From IMG/VR virus record IMGVR_UViG_3300021426_000066: DNA of 64,000 nt. One strand, given 5' to 3'. A program made the translations under genes and the position numbers. The DNA comes from a virus (taxonomy: Duplodnaviria; Caudoviricetes). Of this stretch, positions 1 to 11,300 are shown one piece after another (position 1 is the stretch's first letter; each line of letters starts with the position of its first letter). The notes below the pieces were generated by a model that worked only from the letters and a program-made list of their open reading frames with translations, was not told where the DNA came from and did no database searches.

Positions 1-62
1 CAGGTTTTTGATAGAGGGTCTGCCACCCCCATGACCACAAATTTTAATATCTTTGTCTGTCA

Positions 63-428
63 TTAATTCTCACCAACCTTTCTATTATATCCATATTCAG
101 CATCAGAACTCCTAAATCCATTAACCAGATTTTCTTCCAGTTTCCATGCAACGTCTGCGTCCATAATCGTGTCAGCTATTATAATAGACTCAATATCGTC
201 TCTGCCTTCAACAGCAATGCTATATTCAACAGAATTGCTATACTTTCCAATTTCGGGATCAACCCCCATACGAACATGACCGTTCTCTTTGTATTCCTCG
301 AATTGCATTACTCTGACATAGAACTTAGGAGTTCTTATTAATTTATTTTCGTACACAGCAGTAGTTGGTATAATATCAACTATAATTTCATACCATGTCA
401 ATTTTTCATTATCCTTGTTATCCATCAT
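63..428 (-). CDS. Degenerate GIY-YIG-like nuclease-fold protein
   Basis: C-terminal half (…IIIADTIMDADVAWKLEENLVNGFRSSDAEYGYN) fits the GIY-YIG 'A..LE..LI...S....GYN' pattern; the GIY/YIG motifs themselves are eroded (FYV…RMG). Confidence 0.45.
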   Translation of the reverse strand: MMDNKDNEKLTWYEIIVDIIPTTAVYENKLIRTPKFYVRVMQFEEYKENGHVRMGVDPEIGKYSNSVEYSIAVEGRDDIESIIIADTIMDADVAWKLEENLVNGFRSSDAEYGYNRKVGEN

Positions 429-431
429 ATG

Positions 432-800
432 TTATCCCTCAATATTCGTGGTAACAGGAACTTCAAAGGCATTAACAGTTGCCTGTGCGATAGTATCCAG
501 TTCCTGACAAACACTTTCAATAAACGTTTCTACTTCAGGTGTTACTTTAATGCCTTTCTTCTGAAGATATTTAACGACGTACATCTTCTTATCTACACCA
601 GACATAGGCTCAGACTGTGCAAGCTTTTCTGCGGCCTGCACCCCAATTGCAACAATGTTATAAAGACGCTTTTCAATTAACCAAGGGATCATTTGTTCTC
701 GCACCCACGGTAAAACATAATATGCTACCAGAATAGAGATAATACTTGCTACGACTTCAAATAAGTTGCTCAGAATTACGGTAAGAATTGCTTCAGCCAT
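432..800 (-). CDS. Phage holin, LL-H family
   Basis: N-terminal TM helix then 'VQAAEKL…GVDKKMYV…IESVC' pattern; lies in lysis cassette; AGGAGG RBS. Confidence 0.8.
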   Translation of the reverse strand: MAEAILTVILSNLFEVVASIISILVAYYVLPWVREQMIPWLIEKRLYNIVAIGVQAAEKLAQSEPMSGVDKKMYVVKYLQKKGIKVTPEVETFIESVCQELDTIAQATVNAFEVPVTTNIEG

Positions 801-815
801 TGTTTTATCCTCCTA

Positions 816-1316
816 TTAATCTTTTTCTGCTTTGATGGGTAAGGCTAAGACTTCTGGATATACTTTTTCATCCACGATGCCATCCCCACCTGCTTCTTTG
901 TATCTACGAACCAGATCACAAAAACGATCCAGTTCAGTTTGATTGATATAACCCTGTCTGGTTACATCATGATAAATCCGAAAAATTGTTCCACGATATG
1001 TGTCAATTATGGTTTGGGCCTGTGTGTCCTGCACTTGTTGTACCATACCGACCAGTTTCTTGACTTCATCTGCAACTTCATTAAGTTTGGAATATTGCCA
1101 CCGATCATGTGATTCCAGAGTTGAAATTCTCTTCTCAACTTCGGCATCTTTATCTTCAGCTTCATTTCTGATCTTGTGATAACCATTCAGCCTGTCCAAG
1201 ATCCATTTTCCAGATTCGTATACTGCTTTTACAAATAAATACACCAGTGCGATTGATAAGATCACGATCAGCACTGGTGATTCGGTCGCCATAATCAGCG
1301 ATATTAAATTTCCCAT
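816..1316 (-). CDS. Holin-like / lysis-associated membrane protein
   Basis: One N-terminal TM segment, coiled coil, C-terminal 'YKEAGGDG' (YxxxGGxG) motif; between endolysin and holin. Confidence 0.55.
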   Translation of the reverse strand: MGNLISLIMATESPVLIVILSIALVYLFVKAVYESGKWILDRLNGYHKIRNEAEDKDAEVEKRISTLESHDRWQYSKLNEVADEVKKLVGMVQQVQDTQAQTIIDTYRGTIFRIYHDVTRQGYINQTELDRFCDLVRRYKEAGGDGIVDEKVYPEVLALPIKAEKD

Positions 1317-1331
1317 TGGATCATTCCTCCA

Positions 1332-2288
1332 TTATTTCTTAAAGGCTTTTGCTGCCTTTAGTGTAGCTTGGTCAAATTTTCCTGTTACAGAAACGCCAAG
1401 AGTTTTCTGAGTTGCTTTCACCTTGTTTTCCGTGTTCTGACCAAATTGACCATCTACTGTAATGTCTTTAATTGAGTCATCAATCCAATTCAGCAAACGC
1501 TGCATTCGTTTTAGTTGAGTAGGATAGTTGGTAAGGCTGGTCATCCCATCACCTTTTTGGAAATAGCCTCTGGGTGGCATAACGGGATAAATGTCCTTAT
1601 AACTTTCCTTCTTGTTAACTTGTTTCTTAGTCTCTTCCTTTTTACTGGCTTCTTTTTCAGGAACTTTCGATTCAGTCTCTTTCTCTTGAGAGAGAGGAGT
1701 CATGAACCATTTCAGATCCTTTTCTCCAGTTAATCTGTTTAAATCAACTTTTCCTCGTATTCCATCTGCGATACCTTTATCTGTGTATTGGTGTAATTCC
1801 ACACCTTGATGGCAAGGATATTTGGAATTATACGTGCCAGTATTCTTTCCGTAACGGCACTCCCACCAAACACAGTTATTACCTCGATTATCAATGAGTT
1901 CTTTGTATTTGGTGTATTGGGAATACTGAGTATAGAGCATTGTCTTCGTGCCTTGCTTGTTAAGCCACGACAGGGCCTCTGCGACATTGCTTCTATCATT
2001 GTTACGTTCAATATCCAAGATGTAGCCAATAAAGTATTTGCCTACTTTCTTCTTACAGACAGATACAAGATATTTAGCTTGGTTTAATTCATTGCCTTTT
2101 TTAAGGAAGGTGTAAATCCAATATGGTATCTTGTATTTCTCACAGTAAGAGATGAAAGTGTTTAAATACGAATCAATAAAATTTGTTCCTTCTGTACCTT
2201 TGGTAATCATAAAGGGATGATTCTTCTTTACAGGACTCCAGTTGATAACTGGATCATGATGACTAATATCAGGGATTATTTGAGACAT
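1332..2288 (-). CDS. Endolysin: GH25 muramidase plus C-terminal peptidoglycan-binding domain
   Basis: 'DISHH', 'KGTEG', 'LDIE', 'HQYTDKG…VDLN' GH25 motifs; Lys/Glu linker; 'VDGQFGQNTENKVK…GKFDQAT' PG-binding-1-like end. Confidence 0.9.
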   Translation of the reverse strand: MSQIIPDISHHDPVINWSPVKKNHPFMITKGTEGTNFIDSYLNTFISYCEKYKIPYWIYTFLKKGNELNQAKYLVSVCKKKVGKYFIGYILDIERNNDRSNVAEALSWLNKQGTKTMLYTQYSQYTKYKELIDNRGNNCVWWECRYGKNTGTYNSKYPCHQGVELHQYTDKGIADGIRGKVDLNRLTGEKDLKWFMTPLSQEKETESKVPEKEASKKEETKKQVNKKESYKDIYPVMPPRGYFQKGDGMTSLTNYPTQLKRMQRLLNWIDDSIKDITVDGQFGQNTENKVKATQKTLGVSVTGKFDQATLKAAKAFKK

Positions 2289-2305
2289 TTTGCACCTCCC
2301 TTCTA

Positions 2306-2335
2306 AAAAGAGAAGAGCCGTTTATACGGCTCTTC
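2306..2335 (-). terminator. Intrinsic terminator after tail fibre gene
   Basis: GAAGAGCCGT/ACGGCTCTTC 10-bp stem followed by TCTTTT on the minus strand. Confidence 0.7.
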
Positions 2336-2362
2336 GTTATTGTAATTGTACTGTTTTGATTG

Positions 2363-5300
2363 TTAAGCCATAGCTTCAATTCTTTGCTTTAGTTGCTCAT
2401 TCTCTTGCGAGAGTTGCTCGACTTGCTTGATAAGCTTTTGAATTTGCTTTTCATGGTCTTGTTCAACAGCAAGCATAGCGGGAACAATATGACGAATATT
2501 CCAGTTTTCGACTCGATTATTATCATATATGGCTGCGATAGGATAATATTGTGCTACATCTTCAGCTATTAAACCAGGTACGTCTAACCCTTCGTAGCAG
2601 TCCCCCTCCACCAGGTATCCTTCATTATATTTAAAAGATACAACTGGAATATCTAATACTTTTTGATAGTCCGTCAGAGGCTGAATGTCATGCTTATAGC
2701 GTTTTGATGAATTCGCTGCTGCCGTCACTCTTCCAGAGGTACTAATAAATAAATTACCTGCTCCACCAGAAGTGGTACTAGATGGGGCAATCGTCGGAAG
2801 ATAAAGATATCCGTTACCATTCTGTGTATAAATAACCCATTTTCCAAGCGTGTTAGAATATAATCCAAAGTTCCCCGTAGACGAATCAGAAGCATACAAG
2901 CTTCCTTCATGATGAGAGTTCTTGACTTTAAAATATACACCCGTACCTGCTGAGGTGGAAATTACGGCATTTCCCGCAGAAACAGTAAGCCATGTAGTAT
3001 TACTGGGCTGTAGATATATACTTCCTCTAGATGCAATAGATACCGTATTTCCTTCAAGATGCGTTGAGCCAATTTGATCTTTAAATGATCCATATCCAAA
3101 TAAAATTTCATTATTTGCATTTACACCACAGAGTATTCTGTTTGTATTATCGTTAAATTTTGAATATATATACTTGGCATTAGTATCTATTGCTATATGA
3201 CCGCCAGTATATAATTCATCAGATACCTTTAACCGACCACTGGCTGTCTCTTTGATATATGAAGTGACAGACGCAGATTTATTATAATGAAAGCTGATTG
3301 CACCACCACTGGTAGCAGAACTCGCGAGATGTACTTCTCCATTAGTTGCTAACCAACATCCAAAATGATCTGTGTCATTATATGCTGTGCGGCCTCCCGT
3401 ACCAAGCCCACCAGTAACATATGTATTGGCTGTGACATAAAGGGCATGATTAACTGAAACATCATTATATAATTTTAAAGTGCCTGAAGCAGATTCATGG
3501 ATATATGAAGTTGCAGTTGTTGCTTGGTTGTAATAGAAATATATATAAGATCCACCATTGGCTGGCCCAACCAAAAATGCATTGCCTGCATTGTTTAGCC
3601 AAACTCCTGTTTTACCATCAGCGGCTTGGGTTTTACCATTTGTTCCAACACCAGTTGTGACAGTAACTCTGCCACCTACGTCAAGATTACCAGTTTCTAT
3701 AGTATAATTCCCATTATTAAACGTAACACCATTTAATTTAGTCTTATCACTTGCAGACATTATACCTGCGACAGATGCCGTAGCTTCTGGCATAACAAAT
3801 TCCCTAATTGCTCCATTATGATACCAATAGGTAGGAAGAGTGTTGGAGAATTCAAATTGTTCTGTAGTTCTAGCATAGCCAATCTGTTTGTATATGAATC
3901 CATCAGCGCTAGTGGGCAGCTCTTGCGTCCACCATGTATCTGCTAAATAAAAAAGACCTGTTGCAATATCATAAGTGCCTTTAATATACAAAGGTTGGTA
4001 TGGTGTTAATGTTGCTCCACAGTTACTACTGTATCTAAAGTTGAGAGCGATTCCATGAGAAGTAACAATATTATCACCATTCTGTGCGCCTGATGCATAA
4101 TTAGAGCTAGAAGCAAGATAATAAATCTTACCTAATTGGAAACCTGTCGTGTTTCTAGTTTTAGTCGTATCAGTACCATGATCCGTTGTGAAGCTCTGCC
4201 AGTTACCATCCGCATCCTGCATGACTAAACTATACTGCTTCATACCATTAGTACCTGCTGTGAGTCTGGTATAGTAATCTCTGACGGTATAAGTGTCGTT
4301 ATAGTCGCCTGTCTCTTGAAGCCCTTGATTAGCACCATCAAAACTCGTTAAACCAGCATAGTTTGTAGAACCAGTCCCAGGTACATCGGCATACTTCAAA
4401 GCATCTTCAAACATCGTTACAGTACAGTTTTCTGCCTCAAGGATGTCTACTCGAACAGTACGAGGATATGAAGATGAGACAGAATTTGCACTATATAGGA
4501 AACTAATACCAAGTAAGTGACCATAAGCTGATGCACCTACTTCGGTTGCTCTATACAAGTTATGATAGTAGAACGTCCTATAACTCGTACTTAAATGAGA
4601 GTTAAAGATGCTGTACGCAACATAACTATTTTCATAACCGTATATTTCAACATCAGCATAGCCATGATAATAGTTTTGATTAGGAACATCTACTTTAATT
4701 CTGTATTTGACTTTCCATACGCCATGGTATTGATCAGGTTTTACTGAAGCAAAATAAAAAGACGTACTCTCCATATTATTTGCTGACCCATACAAACCAG
4801 CATAAGTCTTTGTTCCACCACCAATAGGAGAGATATCACTATAATCTAAAACAATGTTATCGGTTAATGCCTTGCCATTGATTTGTCTGGTATTGGGAAC
4901 AGGAGTGTAGCCAAGTGCCGTTGTTACATTGGATGAAGTGAGTTCGCCTCTAATAGTGGCAGATGATTTATTCTCAACATTGCTTAAGCCAATATCAGTT
5001 TTGGTAACATTGTGAGGGTTACCAGAGGTTAACTGAGAGTGGTCATATGCTATCTTGCCACGATCTCCACGATATGCTGAGGAGGAATTTTCACCCAGAG
5101 CCAATGAAGCAGAGATTTCTACATAAGCCGATCCAGACCAACGATAAGTTTTATTGGTAGATAAGTCTACATATATCTTACTTGATTCTCCTGTGAGTTG
5201 ATTTGTATGAGCAGACTCTTTGTACATCTTATTGTTATAGTAATACGCTTCAATTACATCATCAACATAACTGGGCAATTGAGAGGAGAGGATAAGACCA

Positions 5301-8300
5301 TTAGAATCAAGTTCAGCAACCTGAGATGCTACTTTAAGCGTACCATCTGATTCCATGTAGATAGGTTGAGTGACTGAACCTAATGCAGTTTGTGGTGCGG
5401 CATGGGCAACTTGCTGCCAAGCGTTCCAAGCGGTTTGAGACGAAGTACGATAATACATGGTGTTTTTAGTTGTACTGGCATTGTAATGCATATAAATCTG
5501 CGCTGCATAATCAGGGGTAGTGTTTCCTGACGGTTTACGATAAGCCATTGTAAATACTTCACCATAGCCATAAGTGGTTGGACCATTAGTCAAAGAACCA
5601 GTAATATTAGTAACACTTGTATCATAAATTGTGTTTAAATCAGATGGTGATGATTTTAACGGAACATTGCCAGAGGCTGTTCCTGTAACGTTACCTGTAA
5701 CATTGCCAGTCAAAGCCCCATAAAAAGTCGAGGCTTCAACTTCTGTTGCTACACCGTTTCCGTTACAAAATTTATATCTATTAATTTTCGCATCCGATGT
5801 ACCATCGTGCCATTTATAGCCCACATAAAGTGTTGTTGCACTGGATGGCTTAGCTGCAAAACGTATTTCATTTTGAGCAACGATACTTAAATAATTAGCA
5901 ATAGTTGCAGTTGATGCGCTACTAGCTGTAACCGCATTACCATTCAAAGTTACGCTCCCGTTAGAATCAGCATATACAATCCACTTATTATGTTTCCTAG
6001 AATAAATACCACCGTAACCTGATGAACCAACAATAAATGCTACCTGATTAGGGTTGGTAGATTGAGTGTTATTTACTTCAACACCACATTCACCTGCTCT
6101 GGTAATATAGAGACTGTTGGAAAGAGGAACTGATGAACCCGCTGTGAGGGGTAAATCAAGTGAAGCATGACCTGTCAACGAACCTGAAAATGTAGTGGCA
6201 TGAATGCCTCCAGCATTATCTAAATAAATATTTGTATCAAAAGCAGTAGAACTCGATCCTCGCTGTCCAAAATATAAGAGACCGCCTTTGTCTCGAATCT
6301 CCCAATCATTCAGCGAATCAGTGAGGGATCCTCTTTGAAAGATAATTGCAGGAGAATTTCCTGAAGAGACAGATAAGGTTAAGTCACCTGTAAGAGTTCC
6401 ACCAGATAAAGGTAATGCATAATTCATATAATTACCAGCATGTAAAACTGCTTGTGTATCCCAATAAAAACTACCATCACCACTAAAAGTAAGTCTCTTA
6501 TAAGTATCTCCACTTTTTACTCTAAATTCAGCTTTAGTGTTGGTATGACTAGTTCCCGGTATATAATAATGCACATACACCGTTCCATCTGTGTCACTAT
6601 ATAAATTATGGTAATAGTGAGCGGGAAATCTAGACCATCTAACATCCTGATTAAATAATAGATTGCCAGACAGTGTTCCACCAGTAAGAGGGAGAGCATA
6701 TGAAGAGTAATTAACAGAATCTAATAATCGTCTCCATGACTCCCATTCTGTAGTTACTCCCATTCTAGTAAAAATACCAGTATCATTAAACGCTATTTCA
6801 TGCGCTTTCCCTCCTGAAGAATCGGCCCATCCTCGTAAACCCACAATATAAGAATATGTATCATTGGATGGATTATTTACCGTCGCTTTATTTTTTAAGC
6901 CAACGAATACAATTTTATTTTTATAATCGTTCGGAGCAGTTGCTACTGAGCGATTATCGCCTAAAGTAATTAATGCTTTGGCCTCATCTGCTGTCGTTGC
7001 TTTGGTCGCAGATCCAACACTTACGTTAGTCACATTAATCCATTTTTGTGTGCCACCATTGGCAAAACCATCAATTGTAAGAAGATAAGAAGTTGAAGTT
7101 GCTTCGGGTAAGGCAGTGCTATTAGACCATTTGATTGACCCCGTCATAGTACCGCCTGTGAGGGGCAAATAATTTGCACCATTTGCTGGCGTATATCCCA
7201 GAGCAGTAGTCACATTGCTACTCGTTAATTCACCACGGATGGTTGCTGAGGATTTGTTCTCAACATTACCGAGGCCAAGACCTGCTTTAGTGACATTTAT
7301 TGTTTTACCCTCAGTTCCATCATAAGAATTAAGCGTTGTAGAATTAAGCTGAACTGTTAATGTGGGTTTGGGGTTGTAGTTGGTTTTATAAGGAACTTGG
7401 ATGCAGGTTACGCCGTTGTCGGGTTCAGGGATAACAGAAGCTGCATCCTTAGCTGTAAACTGAAATTCAAATAATGATAAATCAATATTAGTTAATTTGC
7501 CTAAAGATTCATTTATAACATCCGCACTAACAGTGGGATAATAGATAAATGAAGATGCCCTTAAAGCAATAGCCACATATTCCGTGGAATTCTTTGTATA
7601 TTTAAATAAATAAACATTTGGATGCCAACCACCATTATCTACTACTCCTTGCATACAAAGTTCGTCACTATAGATATAAAAGACTATGCTTAAATCAATA
7701 GGACATGAGCTATTATATGCGAAACCTGTAATATGGACTATGGGCATTAGATTTGACGACACAAACTTAATACCAGTATATAAAATAATTTCATCCACCT
7801 GAGAGCTAGAATATGTACTGGCAACATTAATTCCTTGGTTTTTTATTTGTAAATAATTGTTGGATTTTAATGCCGTAGCAGTTAATAATCCAGTACTTGG
7901 ATTAGCATATATAGAATTATTTCTCAATGCAATATTAGTGCCACTTGCTCCAGTATTTGTATTTGCAAAATAACTCATTAAAAGTGGCAAATCGTAATTT
8001 TGTGAATATAATGTCTGCGTTACTTTGGTATCAGTAAACACGGCATTGCTAGGTACGTCAGCCTCAACCGTATGACCATTTACTACATCAGCACTACCAG
8101 AATAAAGCCTTACTTGTCCTTTCCTGTATGCAAAAATAGGATGGACAGCTTGGAACAAGAAGTAATTTGCTCCAGAGGATTGATTTCCTAACCGACCAAG
8201 AGTTATATAAGCTTTACCATCATCCGAAGTAGGAAGAGTATCTGTTATGATGGATGGATCTACTGTAGCTGTGTTACCAGAGATGGTCACAACTAAATAG

Positions 8301-11300
8301 ATCATCTTCTTGGCAGATGAAGTGAAGCCAGATTTAAGATTGCCAAGGTTGAGGTCAAAATACTGCATCAACATATTTGCATAATTACTGCCACCTTGTG
8401 ATATTGCGCCAGTTGTATAAAGAATAGGATAAGAGAGATCAAATGTTACTCCTGAAGCAATTTCTTCATAACCATCTTTATCACCCACAATCCACCTGTT
8501 TGCGGCAATTGCTTTCTTGGCATAAGTATTATTACGATAGTGTAAATATTCAGGATAAGTATTTGAATTTTGCATCATATCCACAACCCAATACGTTCCG
8601 TCATATGTAAAGTTATATATCTGGCCTGCCTTGATATAACCACCATCGGGAATTATCGTATATGAACCGTTGTAAATAAATCTAATAGACTTAGCACCTG
8701 TATTATTGACATTAAGTGTCAAATTTTCTCTTGCACCGGTATTTGTATTATCAAAATATACAGAAATACGAGTACCTTTAACAAGGTCATCAGCAGTAAA
8801 AGCAGTACAGGTTACTACTTTGGCTGTTGCATTTGCTGCTGAAGAACAAGTACCTGTGAACTGTTTAGCGTTGCCAACTTTAGCTGATAATTGGTCTAAG
8901 GCATTTTGCGTAGCCGTGCTAATAGGCTTATTTGCGTCAGAGGTATTATCCACATTTCCTAAGCCTACATTGGTTTTAGAGAGCGTGTATGATCCAAGTT
9001 GAGTGCCAACAGAATTTTTATAGGAGAGGGTGGAACCTGAGAGTGTGATATCTGAGACTAAATCTTCAGGTGCTGGTGTCCAATCTGTGGGTTTGTTGCC
9101 ACGTTCGAGTTTGACTTTAGATACAGTAATGTTGTTATCTTTAGTAGCACCTGCAAGGCCACAGTAAATTAAGAGTGTTAAATCTTTCGTCGCTGCTTTA
9201 GTCACTTTAATTGTCGCAGATGCTCGTCCATTTATTATTTCTCCAGTACAAGTGTTAGAACAACCACCGTCAGTAGTATTGTAAAGATAAAAAGTAACTG
9301 ATGTAACATTACCTGCAATCACATCGATATCTGCCGATGCAACAAATTCATCATTTACTGCATAAGGAAGTTCGTATAAATTCCAACTTCTATAAAAATA
9401 TTGATTTGTGGCAACTCCATATGAAACTGGAAGATAAGAATCTTTTACCAGATTTCTCCCGCCAATCTCAGCGTTACCAACAGCATTTTGCACAAAGGCT
9501 GTGGTGGCTATTTGAGCAGAATTTGTTCCACTAGCTGCAGTAGGTGCTTTTGGTGTTCCTGTTAGTTCTGGGGAGTCGATTCTTTTTACCTTTAAGGTAT
9601 CAGTAGAAGAATCATAAGTGAAATCATTATCATATGTTGCACGTTTATTATTACTATTTATCCAACTCATCCAAATAGGGCGATCACCTGCAGAGCTAGC
9701 TACAGAGGTATCAAGATTAGTAGCGGTAACCGCTGTCGTAGCTGTAGTAGCTGATGTAGCGTTGCCGTAAAAGTTTGGAGCGACCATGCCGTTATCTCGT
9801 AGTGTAAGTTCAACGGTTGCGGTAGCATTTGCATCATCACCTGTTAATGGGGCTTCAGGATCATAAGTGTTTAATACTCCATGCCCAATGAATTTGAAAA
9901 CTTGTTCACTCATATACTGTGAGCTATTGTATGCAAAATTTTGATATACATCTACAAAATAGTTTCCACCAGTTGTTCCGATGCGTATTAAACGAATCTT
10001 TGATACTACCTGACCTGTAATTGCGCTAATTTGTGTGATTCGTGCGCCTGCATCTCGTACAGAAATATTAAATTCACCAATAGTTGGCGAACCTGATGCC
10101 CAACCGCCAGTAATGTATAATGAAAAATTGGGATACCCCGCAGCATCGTTTCCAATTTTAGCGATTCTGTACCAACCGACAGCTTTACCTACTCCAGCGG
10201 GCATCGTAGCTGTTCCCATAGTAAATGTATCTAACTTATCTTTATCTTCTGCTGACATCAAACCCGCTACCGAAGAAGTCGCTTCGTTAGCTACGAAAGG
10301 TCTGATAGCACCGTCCTTAAACCAAAGAGGCGTACTATATCCAACAAAATCAAATGTATAATTACTGTAGGTGAATCCAAGATAGATATAAATTTTACCA
10401 TCTTCAGTTGTTGGTAATGTTTGTGTATACCATGTATCATCAAGATAGAAGAGTCCTGAGGCATTGTTATATGTTCCCACTAAATATATTGGAGCATATG
10501 CAGTAAGTGTCTGTCCGCAATTAAATGAATATCGAGCATCCACACCATATTGAAAAGCTCTGGTAACATCATTACCGTATCGACTGCCACTTGCCCAGTT
10601 ACTGCTAGTATCGGCATAATATAGTTTTCCTAGTTTAAAGCCAGTAGTATTTTTGGTCTTTGAAGTTCCTGTACCATAGTCTGTTGTAAAGCTTTGATAA
10701 TTACCCGAAGAGTCTTCCATAATTAAACTATATTGTTTAATACCATTTGTACCCGCTAAAGGTTTTGTATAATAAGCAGTTGTAAAATATGGATAGGTAT
10801 TTCGATCTCCTGAAACACTATACCCTTGTGTTGTACCATCAAATGCAACACGGGTAGCGTTTACGCCATTGGCTGTATTACCATAATTGGTAGTATTAGC
10901 ACCAGGCATATCAGCAAACAGTGTCATTGAATCCAAAAAAGTTAATGTACAATTTTCCTCTTCTAAAATTTCAATCTCAATAATTCTTGAATTTGCTGCT
11001 ACATGAGGATTGTAAGATGATTGAAAACGGAACCCCAACAGATGATTATAATTATTATTAAGCCCTGTCTCCGTTGCAGCGTGATATACATGGCTATATA
11101 ATGGGCGATATGAAGTATTATTAATTGCATTGTAGGTTTTATAAGCGGCATAAGTATTCCTCACACCGTCAATCGTCACTTCGCTATATTGATAACCGTT
11201 TGAAATACCATTGATAGTTGCTTTTAATCTATATGAGATACGCCATGATTTATTATAGTTTTCTGGTTTGACTGTAGCAAAATACAAGTAGCCTGCTGGA

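Noticed and set aside
10-40. GGGGGT…GACCCT mini-hairpin resembling one near 50610-50626
   Set aside because: Too short, only two instances, and one lies at the window edge; cannot be distinguished from chance
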